64,000 bases of DNA, taken from Octopus sinensis. Taxonomy: Eukaryota. The stretch is from NCBI RefSeq assembly GCF_006345805.1, contig NC_042998.1, positions 128,402,001 to 128,466,000 on the forward strand, given 5' to 3'. The translations under genes were made by a program, and so were the position numbers. Position 1 is the stretch's first letter; each line of letters opens with the position of its first letter. Shown here in pieces: positions 42,578 through 54,429 of this stretch. The notes under the pieces were generated by a model. It was not told the DNA's origin and ran no database searches. It saw only the letters and a list, made by a program, of their open reading frames with translations.

Positions 42578-42580
<3 letters not shown>
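40505..42580 (+). mobile_element. 5'-truncated Penelope-like element (RT C-terminal half plus GIY-YIG endonuclease), inactive
   Basis: FDVAMGPYDSADV, FGLY (the expected RDD is missing), DFLDITLD, HPP, RNIIW.PPP, CSCRDRNRCPVRGHC, GVIYKAEV...RYIGCSGNLFKRRLSNH, CKLCIAE...LNSR. Confidence 0.9.
42436..42504 (+). ncRNA. Type I hammerhead ribozyme-like motif at the PLE 3' end
   Basis: CTGATGA at 42445-42451, GAAA at 42483-42486, GUA triplet at 42493-42495, stem I ttttgggat/atctcataa; stem II imperfect. Confidence 0.55.
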
Positions 42581-42627
<47 letters not shown>

Positions 42628-42654
42628 AGGGTTAGGGTTCCTGCTAGCCTACTG

Positions 42655-42877
42655 GAACGGGATATATACATATGTTTGTGTGTCTGAGTTTGTATCTCCT
42701 CGACGCCATGATCGCTTGACAACCTTGGTGTGTTTACGTCCCCGTAACTTAGCAGTTCGACAAAATATTCCGATAGAATAAGTATAAGCTTACAAAGTAT
42801 AAGTCCTGGGGGTCGATTTCTTCGACTAAAGGCGGTGCTTCAGTATGGCCGCAGTCAAATGACTGAAACAAATAAAA

Positions 42878-42880
<3 letters not shown>
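42655..42880 (+). mobile_element. 3' half of the same SINE
   Basis: cgcttgacaacc...gtccccgtaacttagcagttcg...ggccgcagtcaaatgactgaaac. Confidence 0.8.
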
Positions 42881-42930
<50 letters not shown>

Positions 42931-42931
<1 letters not shown>

Positions 42932-43119
42932 GAAGTGCACTGAGATTTCTTTAGACTTTTTCTATTCAAAAATTTCTAAAGACTTAACCGGTTTCACAGA
43001 TTTCTTTGATTTTTAAAAGTAGAGATAGAAAGACGTGGAACTATGCTGCACTCCATGTCTGTGTGAAACCGGTTAACTCTTTAAAATAAAAAATCTAAAC
43101 GAATCTCAGTGCATTTTCA
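42931..43119. mobile_element. Short palindromic MITE-like element
   Basis: gcactgagatt...ttaaccggtttcacaga / tgtgaaaccggttaa...aatctcagtgc inverted arms of about 65 bp between (TA)n tracts. Confidence 0.65.
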
Positions 43120-43126
43120 ACACCTC

Positions 43127-43160
<34 letters not shown>

Positions 43161-43899
43161 ATATATATATATATAATTATATATATATATATGAACGCGT
43201 GTGAATTATATAACACAGCTGGAAATACTAGGATTTTGCCTCTAACAAATTTTGAGGTGACCCAAAACATTTATAACATTATATTTTACTGATATTGTCC
43301 GTTTACTTTTGTCAATAAACCCTGTAGCATTTTTTCTGTTTTTATCTATTTAATATTTTGTAATGGTAACATATTTTTCTCATTGTGTGACGAGGTGTGA
43401 GATTTCCAAGTTCAGCAATCGCTGAACTTGCGACAAATTAACATTCAGATCTCCCTCAAATCTTATACTATTGATAAAAGAAGCTCACGTTACATAATGT
43501 AGTCCTACATAGGCTTAAATGCATGGGATAATCACGGTGTGAATGTGTTTGATCATACGTCAGCAAGATCAGGGTTGAACTAAACGGTCCCAATTACGAA
43601 TAACTACCTATTTATAAGAAATATATACTTCGTTTTCTCAAAAATGGCAGAGACAAGTAGTTGGAAGCAATTTTTGTTTCCATTTATTCTATTTGAAAAA
43701 CAATAGAAACTCAAATAATTTGTGTCGCTCTTCTAGGTTAACAACACAAGGGAAGTGATTCTATTCTAAAACCGGGTCAACGATAAAAATAATTTTTCTT
43801 CAAGATATGAAAATTTTCAATGATTAAAAAATATTTTTTAACAATATACATTAATGAGTTATATCTCATTTCAATCAATCTAATCTCGCATTTTTATTC

Positions 43900-44400
43900 T
43901 CAGAATTTGCCGTTGTCGACTTAAATCGACTAAAACCCGTCGTTTCTAAAATTCTGACCTCGTGTATATCGGAGAAAAGATTATTTCGAAAGTTAGGTAA
44001 ACTAAAAGTTAGGTAAAATAAAATAATAATAAATGAAGCTTTTGTTTCATTGTTTTCCTTAAGATAGTGAATAAAATTTTTTTTTTTCACATTTAAATTT
44101 TGTTGACATTGTGCTTAAATTAAATCGATTTGATAGTTATAAGCTTCTTGAAATATATATATTTTTTTATTTACTTCATCTATGGTTATTAAATGAAATC
44201 TAACATTTCTTTTCTACGACTTTTTTCTTCTCTTAACTCACACATGACATTTCTTTTCTGTGGCATTATTTCCGTTCACCATGAACACGCTCACAATATT
44301 ACTTCCGGTTTGAAAATTTGATTGTTTTTTGCTCACTCGTCACTGGATTCATATTAAACATTAATTTGTTCTAACATTTAAGTTACAATATAACAGTAAA
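43900..44400 (+). promoter_or_regulatory. NOP16 promoter / 5' UTR region
   Basis: CpG-rich; ETS-type ACTTCCGG near 44302; possible branch point CTAAC at 44371 and AG at 44395-44396. Confidence 0.45.
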
Positions 44401-44401
44401 C

Positions 44402-44508
44402 ATGCCTAAAGGTGTTGGTCGAAAAGTCCGTTCGAAGCATAGTTATAGATATAATGTTAACCGAAGACAGGAAAATAAGAAAAGGAAAAAAGTGCCCAGT
44501 ATTGATTG
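44402..44508 (+). CDS. NOP16: NOP16 exon 1 (MPKGVGRKVRSKHSYRYNVNRRQENKKRKKVPSIDC)
   Basis: Basic N-terminus resembling NOP16 (MPK...Y.VNR...P.I.C); donor gtaagt; 107 nt, phase 2. Confidence 0.9.
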
Positions 44509-46642
44509 GTAAGTGCCTCGCTTTCTTTGATACACCACGTGGAGAGTATTCACTCTTTATAAAACGTCGACAAATAACTTCCGACGTTGACGAATTTCTT
44601 AATTTATTATTGTTTAGCACGCAGTCAGCCTTCGTTAAAAGCATTGCTGCTGTAACATTCCTGTCTTTTAAGGATATCTTGGTCTGTATTATAAAGCGTG
44701 GCATTCTTTCCTTCCATAACACGACGAGATGATGTTTGCGAGAAATTTCAATGCTATTTCTACCTTAAATTGTCTTACATACTGTAAACAGTGATTGATG
44801 TGGGTATTAGGAACAAGGGTTATACCGAGGCCTGTGGGTATACTAAAATTCGAGTGGTTGAGCTAGGAAACGTAGGGTTTGACACTATAAATGACCCAGG
44901 GAAACGTCTTCTCGTTAACTCCAATTTCCTTTACTGATTGTAAAAGAAATATTTGGAGTTTTAACCGTAAATTAGGCTCCTTGTTTTACGCTGTGAATAG
45001 TAATTAGAAGTTGCTTGATCGTTAAACACACGAAGGCGAAAGGGTGTTAAGGGTTAGGGTTTTTGTTACGCCGAAAACGGGTGGTGTACGTATTTTGTAC
45101 TTCCGCCCACATGAAGTTCTTTTTTTTTTTTCAGAATAAAATATAAAACTATTAAAAAAAAACCCAACTAAATTCAACGTGGTTGCAACCTACAACTTCC
45201 GAAACGTATCTTTACAAAATTATATTGTAAACAGTATTCATTATTGAGAAAACAAAAGAGAATAGGGCAATTAACTAGCTATACCGTATATATTGATGGA
45301 CACTTACACCATGAGTTTCCAATTTGAAAAAACTTCGAAGATGTATTTTTAAAAATTTAATGTAGAAGTATTCATGTACTATAAAGGTCCTTGGCAGAAT
45401 CAAAGGGAGGTAATCAAAATATTAGACGAATGAGAAATTTATTAATGGAACTCTAACGTACATGAGTACCAGCATTAAATATCGTTATTGGATCCAGATT
45501 GGCATACGGCTAAACTGTAATTGTTTTGAGACTAGTGGTTCTCAAAATGACATACCAGCACTCCCTTTAAAATATTAGTGAAATATTTGCCCCTCACCCT
45601 TTTTATTAATTAGATGAAAAAGTAGTTTGCATCCATAGTATAATTCTTTCTTCACTATCATAGTGGAATAATTTTAAAAAGTTTAAAGCTGTCGTAATTT
45701 TATTAAGCTTGGCAACTTGTATCTTAACCCCCCCCTCCTCCATGAGAAACACTGCAAGACGAGTCAACTAAACAGCCTCTTCATGGTCATTCAACCTGCT
45801 AGATACAGCAATCAAATCTTTTTCACATCACACCATCCTAGCTTTAAGAAGGATATATTGGATGATGTTATCTTAGTCACTGCTGGAAGGCTTTTGATCG
45901 TAGATCTACCAGCACAAGACTGACCCTTAATTAAAAAACACTGTTATCCTAACCCTTTTTTTTTCCTTCTTAAATTTAAAGCGAAAATCACTCAATGAAA
46001 TCAAGTACATTTAAGCAATCAGAAAAATCTGCTTTATTGCAACCATTCAATAACCAAAGACGCTTGATCTACTTGAGATAGCAACTAAATATCCCTCAAA
46101 TAGCATCCTACCATTTTAAAGCAAAGTGAGAACATATTGGGTATTATAAATCCAAGATACTTGTCTGAAAATAGTTGGGATGGACATGTCTTTATTTTTT
46201 TCACTTTTAGGCTCAGACATGACTGTGTGTTTAAGAAGCTTGCTTCCCAACCAAGTGGTTTTGGTTCCTTTTGCAGGGCACCATGGGCAAGTGTTTCTAT
46301 AATCTGGGCTGAATTAATCTTTGTGAGTGGGATGTGTTGGACAGTTTGATTGGGACTGGTTAGGCAGAAGACTGCACTAGGTTTCACTGTCTGTTTTGGT
46401 TGGGGTTTTACAGTTGGATGCCCTTCCAAACACATTTATTTATTGTGTGCACTCTTGTCTTGAAATTACATTAGTCATAAGTGAGCATTACCATACAAGT
46501 GATGCTCATTTCCAAGAGCATCTAGTTGTAGAAACCAAGCCAAAACAGAATAGAACCTGATTCAGCTCTCCAGCTTGCTGGCTCTGCTCAAACTGTTCAA
46601 CCCGTGCCAGCATGGAAAACAGACTTTAAAGGATCATGATGA

Positions 46643-46679
<37 letters not shown>

Positions 46680-47735
46680 CACTCACATTCACATCCATAT
46701 ATATTTATATGTATTAAATGGTCACAATGTTATGTGTATATTTTGGGTTTCTAAATGTCCAAGATGCACTATTTGAAAAAATTTGGCCAGTCATGGTTGG
46801 AGTGCCTTTGATCATAAGCCTACTTGATCAGGTTTGACCTAGGGCTAAATAACCTGTTAATGAAGGAGACACAATTTAGCCATTTGACTATCTTGGAATA
46901 CATGGTGAATATATTTTATCCCATGCCTAACCATCTTTGAAGAAAAAAGAAGTGGTTATTGCTGGATTGCCCTTGATGATCTTACTCTTTCAGGGCTGAC
47001 CTGGGGTAAAGTGCATGTTATGTTGAGCAATCAAAATGTAGTCACTTGATGAGGTAGAAATAGCATCCAACTCTGTCAGGTCTCATTCTATTATTGTAAA
47101 TGTAAAAAGGAAGTTGTCTTATATTTACTTTCTAAAAAAGGATGGATGGCTATGAATGGAATATTTTTGACCATAGTTTTTCATGGGTTGATCTGGGCAT
47201 CTAAATATCTACAAACTGATTTACTATGGGAGTAATTAGCATAAAACGTACATAGCCTAACATTTTCAATATATCAAGAGCTATATTGATAGAACACATA
47301 TAAAATGCCTTGTAGTATTTGTTCTGGTTCTTAGTGTTGTGAGTTGAAATTCTACTGAGGTTTGCTTTACTTTTTCTCCTTTTGTAATTAACTAAAGAAG
47401 GTACCAGTCCAGGGTGAAGAATAAGTTGAATTGTAGGGGTTTTTCGGGTGGTCTGTAAAGTACTTTGTATTCAGAGTTCTTGGGTAGTGAACTCCATGAT
47501 TTCACTTGTTTGAGGAATCAAACTAGCCCATCACTTAATCTTTCCTTCCGGAGTGAGATTTATGGAGGAATAAAATAGAAATTTCAGTGATTTCTTCAGT
47601 TTAATTTTGATTGGATTTATACTAAATTTATTAGATTATGTTGTTGCTTTCATTTTGATATTGTTATGACAGTACCTTTAAAATTAAATCCATTGTTTTA
47701 ATTCATTTTTAAAAAATCTTATTTTTATTCACTAG

Positions 47736-47844
47736 TGCTTTGATAAAGAAATTCTGGAACAAGGGTAAATCTTCACAAAGCAACTTTGAAGACATGGGAC
47801 TTTGTTTTAATCCTAATAAAACACTGCCTATTCCAAGTGTAAAG
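47736..47844 (+). CDS. NOP16: NOP16 exon 2 (ALIKKFWNKGKSSQSNFEDMGLCFNPNKTLPIPSVK)
   Basis: actag acceptor, gtatgc donor; 109 nt; W...S...N...MGL..PN motif. Confidence 0.92.
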
Positions 47845-48204
47845 GTATGCCTGATCATCTTTTCTTTTCCAAACTTCATCGACTTAACCTTTTTGTTGCA
47901 TTATTTCTGTGTTTCAGATTAAATTTGAAATTAATAAGTATTTAGAAAAATAACTTTGTCATTATTAAGCTAGTGTCTAGGATACAAATTAGCATGAAAT
48001 TGTAATGGAAAGTTTTAAGACTATTTAAAAACAGGAAGTTTGTATCATAGAACTTGGAGGAATTTCAATTCATTAGTATTAAAAGCAGTAAAGCATCTTC
48101 AGTTTTATTTTTGCTTAATTACTAAAGTACTTTTTTCTTCTTTTTATTCAGTATATTTTGTTGCTTGAATTTCCAAAATTATTGCTGTGAAATTTGATTT
48201 TCAG

Positions 48205-48292
48205 GATATCATGGGTTATCGAAGCCTTGAAGCTGAAACGATGGAAGTGGATAAAACAAAGAAACCTCCTAGAAAAGATTTTGTTGTAAAAG
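48205..48292 (+). CDS. NOP16: NOP16 exon 3 (DIMGYRSLEAETMEVDKTKKPPRKDFVVK)
   Basis: tttcag acceptor, gttaat donor; 88 nt, phase 0 to 1; MEVD...RK..V similar to vertebrate NOP16. Confidence 0.85.
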
Positions 48293-49764
48293 GTTAATAA
48301 CTTCTTTTTGTTGTCAACTTGGATAGTTTGAGTATTTTGAAAGCTGACCATTCCAATATTATTAATGTGATAATTCTCACTGTTTGCATTCCATCAAATT
48401 ATCATTTAGTCTTCTGCTACATCTATTAGTTCAAAGATGTTAAATCATTAAGTGTATATGGTATTGGATTACTAGCTCCTGGGTTATGAGTTAAAAATCA
48501 ACTATAAATACTTTGTTCTTTTTCTGGGCAAGACATGTAGAAATATTATTCTTAAAAATTATGGTTTCTCTCATATGTTTAGTTTGATGAAACCAGAGTT
48601 AAGCATTTAGGATTTATTTGCATTCATAAATAATTTATCAAAGTGGAATCTTATTCCTCACCATGAAAATGCACAAATTCAGCAGCTGAAGTAGATGATT
48701 AAACAGATGACAGTTATCTTGGCTATTCATTGATTTCCTGAAAATGAGATCTTGACCTCGTCTCTGCTGGTGCCTTGTAAAAAGGGCATCCAGCCATAAA
48801 AACCATATCAAAACAGACAATGAAGGATGGTGCAGTCTTCAGTCTAGCCAACTCTTGTCAAACTGCCCAACCCATGCCAACATGGAAATCTTGAATACCT
48901 GTGTCAGAGTATTGGTTAAGAAGTCATTACACATCCTGGTACTGGTTATGTACCTTATGCAATTAACAATGCTGAAACCAACAAATATTTAATCAGTATG
49001 CTGTGTGAATTCAACTAGACTTGGTATTGTTTGGAGAAGGGGAAGATGGACTCCACTGAGCTTAGTATACACCACACAATGAATCTTTATTTTGGTCCCT
49101 ACTACACTAGATCTATTACCCACTGGTGTTTTGTGATTTTTTAAATACTTCAAGTCTTTAAGTTAAGTTTAATCTCAGCTACAAAGGAGCAAATACTAAA
49201 TGCATTTAGTAGCTCTAAAAATGTATAAATGTTGCTAGTTGTCTTGAAGTGATTTATTTGATTTAAATAAATGCATGGTTTTCGTGTTGCAGTTGTTGTC
49301 AGCATTATAATTACATGACATATGTATGGATCTGAGTTGACCAAAAAAAAAAAAAAATTCAGAACTGTATTGATAATTTTTAAGTGTAGAATTATTAGCA
49401 TCAACCCAAAATGCCTTTCTGTTCAGATTCAATTCCTGCAGAGGTCAATTTTGATTTTCATCCTCCATGGGTCAATAAAGTATCAGTCAACTATTGGCGG
49501 TGATATAATCGTCGATACATATACACGCAGGGAAGCCGTGTGCGCACACACATTTGTATATTAGTTTTTTTTTTTGTATGTACCAGTGTAAATAGTTGCG
49601 TTGAGTTACGTCCCTTTTATACCGAAAATAGTAAAACTTTGTCATTTGACAAAACCAGCACTAAACTTGTATACTTTTGAATAAAATCTCTTGAAGGTGG
49701 GTGTCTCACCTCCTAAAACTTCAAACCTTTATATATGATCATTTCCTTTCTCCCTGGTTGATAG

Positions 49765-49871
49765 GTTTAGAAGAAGAAGCAAATAGTGCAGGAAAACGGC
49801 CAAAATCCATGGCAGAAGAAGACGTCAAATACTGTATACTAATGATGGAAAAATATGGGGAAGACTATGAA
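49765..49871 (+). CDS. NOP16: NOP16 exon 4 (GLEEEANSAGKRPKSMAEEDVKYCILMMEKYGEDYE)
   Basis: gatag acceptor, gtgagt donor; 107 nt; M.EK.GEDY motif. Confidence 0.93.
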
Positions 49872-50079
49872 GTGAGTAAACTAGTTTATTTTATTTCTTT
49901 CAAAATGTTAGGCACTTCTGGATTAACCAAGTCTATGACTGATAATTTCAGAATTAATTTTATATTTTTATAAGATGGCAAGCTTCAGAACAAGTGCTAC
50001 TTATTTTCTTTTAGTTAATTGTCATTTTTTGTGTATGTGTTTAGGTTTTTATATCTGATATTAATTTTTTTTTTCACAG

Positions 50080-50271
50080 AAAATGGCAAGAGATTACAGG
50101 AACTATTATCAAGATACACCAAATCAAATTAAGAAAAAGATAAACAAATTTAAAAATATGGAAAAGCAATATAAAAAATATTTAGCATCAAGGAATTCAG
50201 AGAAAGCAACGACAGAAATAGACACAGCAACAAAAACAGAAATGGAAATAGAGACAGAAGCTCAATCTTAA
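50080..50271 (+). CDS. NOP16: NOP16 exon 5 (KMARDYRNYYQDTPNQIKKKI...EAQS*); total CDS 603 nt, 200 aa
   Basis: cacag acceptor; MARD..NYYQDTP.QI signature; TAA at 50269-50271; AATAAA at 50282-50287. Confidence 0.95.
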   Translation, partial: KMARDYRNYYQDTPNQIKKKINKFKNMEKQYKKYLASRNSEKATTEIDTATKTEMEIETEAQS

Positions 50272-50320
50272 ATGATGTACAAATAAAAAAAGTAATAATT
50301 GCTCTGGCTAGTTTTATTTA

Positions 50321-51029
50321 TTATATTCTTTTGCTAATTTCAGTCATTGGCTGTGTCTATGCTGGAGCACCTGTTATAAAGAATTTTATTTGATCTTGGT
50401 TGTGTGGTTAAGAAGCTTGCTTCCCAATGATGTGGTTCCAGGTTCGGTCACACTTTTGGGCAAGTACCTTATATATCCCAGGTCAACTATCGCATTTCTG
50501 AGTAAATTTAGTTATAGAAACTGAAAGTTCATTGTGTGTATAAATATATATTAGGAATCCCTCCTCCTAAATATATCAACATCATTTAATGTCTGCTTTC
50601 AATGCTGGCTACAGTTGGTTCAACAGGAGCTGACAAGCCAGAGGACTGCACTCAGGCTTTACTGTGTTTTTAGATGGTTTTTATGGTTGGATGCCCTTCT
50701 TAATGCCAACCACCTGTCAGAGTGGACTGGGTGCTTTTTACGTGGCACCAGCACTGGTGAGGTCTATATATAATATGCCTAATTCATCATCATCGTTTAA
50801 AGTCCGTTTTCCGCGCTAGCACGGGTTGGACGGTTTGACCGGGGTCTGGGGAGCCAGGGGCTGCTCCAGGCTCCAGTCTGATCTGGCAGTGTTTCTACAG
50901 CTGGATGCCCTTCCTAACGCCAACCACTCCGCGAGTGTAGTGGGTGCTTTTTACGTGCCACCTGCACAGGTGCCAGAGGGGTCTGGCATCGGCCACGATC
51001 GGTTGGTGCTTTTTATGTGCCACCGGCAC
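50321..51029. mobile_element. Composite SINE insertion just downstream of the NOP16 poly(A) signal
   Basis: Fragments of tRNA-headed and RTE-tailed SINEs; flanked by attta at 50316-50320 and 51030-51034. Confidence 0.75.
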
Positions 51030-51599
51030 ATTTACAGAAAGGCTTTTTGAGTCTTGAGATTTTTCTAAGTGTTAATGATTGACTATAAAATCTTTCAGAG
51101 ATTTGTTCTCTTGCATGGTATCTTGGACAAGTGTCTTCTATGGCCCTGTTCCAACCAAAGCCTTGACAGAAGAAGCCTGTTGTGTGTGTGGTAGGATTGT
51201 TGGATGTGAGTGATTTTGCATTTCCTTGTTTACATGTGTTCATTTGCAGATTGTAAACAATAGCTTTTGCTAGTGATGTTATTTGCAGTCCATCATGAAA
51301 GTACAACTGGGCTTCTTGATTTTGTTTGATATTTGTAAATGAAAGGCTCATTCATCTGGTGGTGTTTCTAGTTTTCCATGTAAACATGTCTGTGCTGTTT
51401 GTTGATTGATAGACTAGGAGCTTGTTACCTCACTTGATAACATGGGTTGGCAATTGGAAGGGCATCTGGCTCTAGAAAACTGACCCATGCAAACATGGAA
51501 AAGTAAACATTAAAACAATTTGTAAGTGTGCAGACAAAAATACCAGACAATTTTGTATTAGAAAGATGCATCAAGTTGATAGATCAAATTGAAGCAGTG

Positions 51600-53140
51600 A
51601 GAGAGAGAGAGTTAATGCACAATGAGGTATTACTGACATTCTCTTAGCTAAGATCAATAATTATTTCTCTTAGAGCAAGCTACTTTGTCTTGCATTTTTT
51701 GACTGGGAAAAGGATTTTGACATGATACCTTGCTCTGTAGACTCATGGCTGTTAAGAAAACTGGGCTTATGAGAGTTGTGTAAGCCATGTACAAAGGTGT
51801 TGTCAGCTGAGTGACAGTTAATCAGCCATGACTGTTCAGTCTTCTTTTCAGAGTTTATTGAAAACTACATTGATGTATTCTGCCTTACTTTGTACAGTAG
51901 GGGGAGATTTGGATACATTTTCTTGTAGGTTAAGCAACCACTTAGAGGCTTCCCTGTTTAGCTTGTGCATGTAGTTGTCAATCAATGTTTGATTCTCAGG
52001 TCCTCTCTTGTCCATGAGAATTCCTCTATGCCAACAACTTAGTTGTCATCATCATCATCGTTTAACATCCGCTTTCCATGCTATCATAGGCTGGACGATT
52101 TGACTGAGGACTGGCGAACCAGATGGCTGCACCAGGCTCCTATCTGATCTGGCAGAGTTTCTATAGCTGGATGTTCTTCCTAATGCCAACCACTCCAAGA
52201 GTGTAGTGGGTGCTTTTACATGCCACTGGCATGAGGGCTAGTCAGGCGGTACTGGCAACGGCTGTGCTCAAATGATGTTTTTTTACATGCCACTGCACAG
52301 GAGCCAGTCCAGCAGCACTGGCAACGACCTTGCTCGAATGTTTTTTCATGTGCCACTGGCACAAGTACCAGTAAGGTGACGCTGGTAACGATCACGCTCA
52401 AATGGTGCTTTTTACGGAAGCCAGTTAGTTGCTCTGGCAACAATCATGCTCGGCTGGTGCTTTTAACACTCCACTAGCATGGATGCTAGTCATCAAAGGA
52501 AATGCTTCAAAGATGGCACCAAGTTTGAGAATCAAGAGGCTTAAAGTCAACCAAGCAGAGATGAAAATTTTAATTAGTAAGATAGAAAACTTGACTACCA
52601 TCTGGGTGGTTGTCTTGCTTACTATGTTGAAAATGAGTCAGTAAGAAATGGATATTGTGTACTCAATGCAACCTATAAAAGTAGTGTGATACAGGCAAGT
52701 CGATAGGACTTCATATGATCAGCTGTAGTTAACAAGTTACCAGCTGTGGAGGTGATTGCATTCAGAGTAAGGGCAGAGGGGCTTAAAAAAGTTCAGGTAA
52801 CTATTCTGTTGACAACAAAGGTTGCTTCTCACTGAGTGAAGGGCAGATTGCATGACATTTGTGTAAAGTGTACAGCATATCACAACAATATGATTGTCGA
52901 ATGAAGAGCTGGATAGAAATGAGGCGAGCTTGTTCTGCAGGGTGCATAATGTCAGTATACATGAATGACAGAGCACAGTGAGGTGATCCAAGAGGGAAAA
53001 AAAATGGGCATCAAAAGAATTGGCCATAGAGTTGACTACAACAGCACAGATATGTGATTCATGAGGGACCACAACAGCGAAACTGTACTGGAGTAGACCT
53101 GTCCAAACCCCTTGCCGACTTGGGGAAATGGATGATGCCT
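51600..53140 (+). mobile_element. Decayed RTE LINE RT region, interrupted by a SINE at about 52045-52490
   Basis: LAFFDWEKDFDMIP (DLEKAFD-like); KKFR*LF.LTTK...VKGRLHDICV. Confidence 0.6.
52205..52475 (-). repeat. Related ~63-68-bp tandem units inside a minus-strand SINE
   Basis: Recurrent gtgcttttacatgccactggca motif. Confidence 0.7.
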
Positions 53141-53389
53141 TGTATTGTTTTTGGTGCACTACAATTATTCAAAACTATTTCATTGCTGTAAAATATATTG
53201 CATTATCTAGACATGATGTTATGATTATAAAAATATTGACATCTTAATATCAGAAGGTACCAAATCCATGGTTGGCTAGGGACTGTATGGCACCTTGGGC
53301 GAGTATCTTCTACTATAACTCTTGGTCAAACAAAGCTATGTAAGTGTATCTGGAAGATGGAGACTGAAAGAAGCCAGGCATATATATAT

Positions 53390-53878
53390 ATCATCATCAT
53401 TTAACATCTGCTTTCCATGAGTTAGTTTGATTGGAACTGGTAACCTGGAGAGCTGTACCAGGTTCCAGTCTGATTTGGCATGGTTTCTACAGCTGGATGC
53501 CAACCACTTCAAGAGTGCAGAAGATTCCTTTTACGTGTGACTGGCATGAGTGCTTTACCACCTCATCCCATGTCTACCTCTTCCACAGAGATCAGCACTT
53601 CTTTACACAGCTGTCCCCGACCATATGCATCACATAACCATGCCAGTGCAGTCATCTCTCTTGCACATCACATCTGATGCCTCTTACACCCAATTTTTCT
53701 CACAAGATGCTTACACTGTTGCACATCCAGTGTAACATACTAGCTTCTTTCAAGCCTTCACATGTTCTCTGCAGTCACATCCCATGTTTCACTGCCATGT
53801 AGCATGGCTGTTTTCACACAGGCATCATACAATCTGACTTTCACTCTGAGGGAGAGGCCCTTTGTTACCAACAAAGGT
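53390..53878 (-). mobile_element. RTE LINE 3' fragment with tail
   Basis: LVTKGLSLRVKVRLYDACVKTAMLHGSETW on minus; (GAT)n tail near 53395. Confidence 0.7.
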
Positions 53879-54429
53879 ATGTATATATGTACATACATAT
53901 GTGTGTGATTATGTTTGTCTCCTTGTCTTTACATAGTGTGATAGTTGTAAAATGAGGGTCAGTCATACAAACAGTGTAATCTATTTCCAATATTCTTCAA
54001 AAACATGTTTGACCAAGGAGAAATATTACATTGATGGAAAACAGGTGAGGATTAACAGCAGGAAGAGCCTCTGGCTGTAGAAAACCTGCTTCAATAAACT
54101 CCAGCCAATGTAAGCGTAGAAAGGTGGCTGTTAAAGCGATATGTACAAAAAGTAATTATGTTGAGAATAATCTGCTTCTTCATCATTTAACATCCATTTT
54201 CCAGACTGGCATGGGTTGGATGGGTTCATAGGAGCTAGCTAGCCAGAGGACTGCACTAGGCTCCACTATCAATTTTAATACAGTTTTTATGGCTGAATGC
54301 TCTTCCTTATGTCAACCACTTTACAGTGTGGACTGGGTACTTTTGATATGGCACCAGCACCAGTGAGGCTTGTTGGCATGGTTTGCATGGCTGGATGTCA
54401 TTCCAAACACCAACCACTTCACAGTGTGA

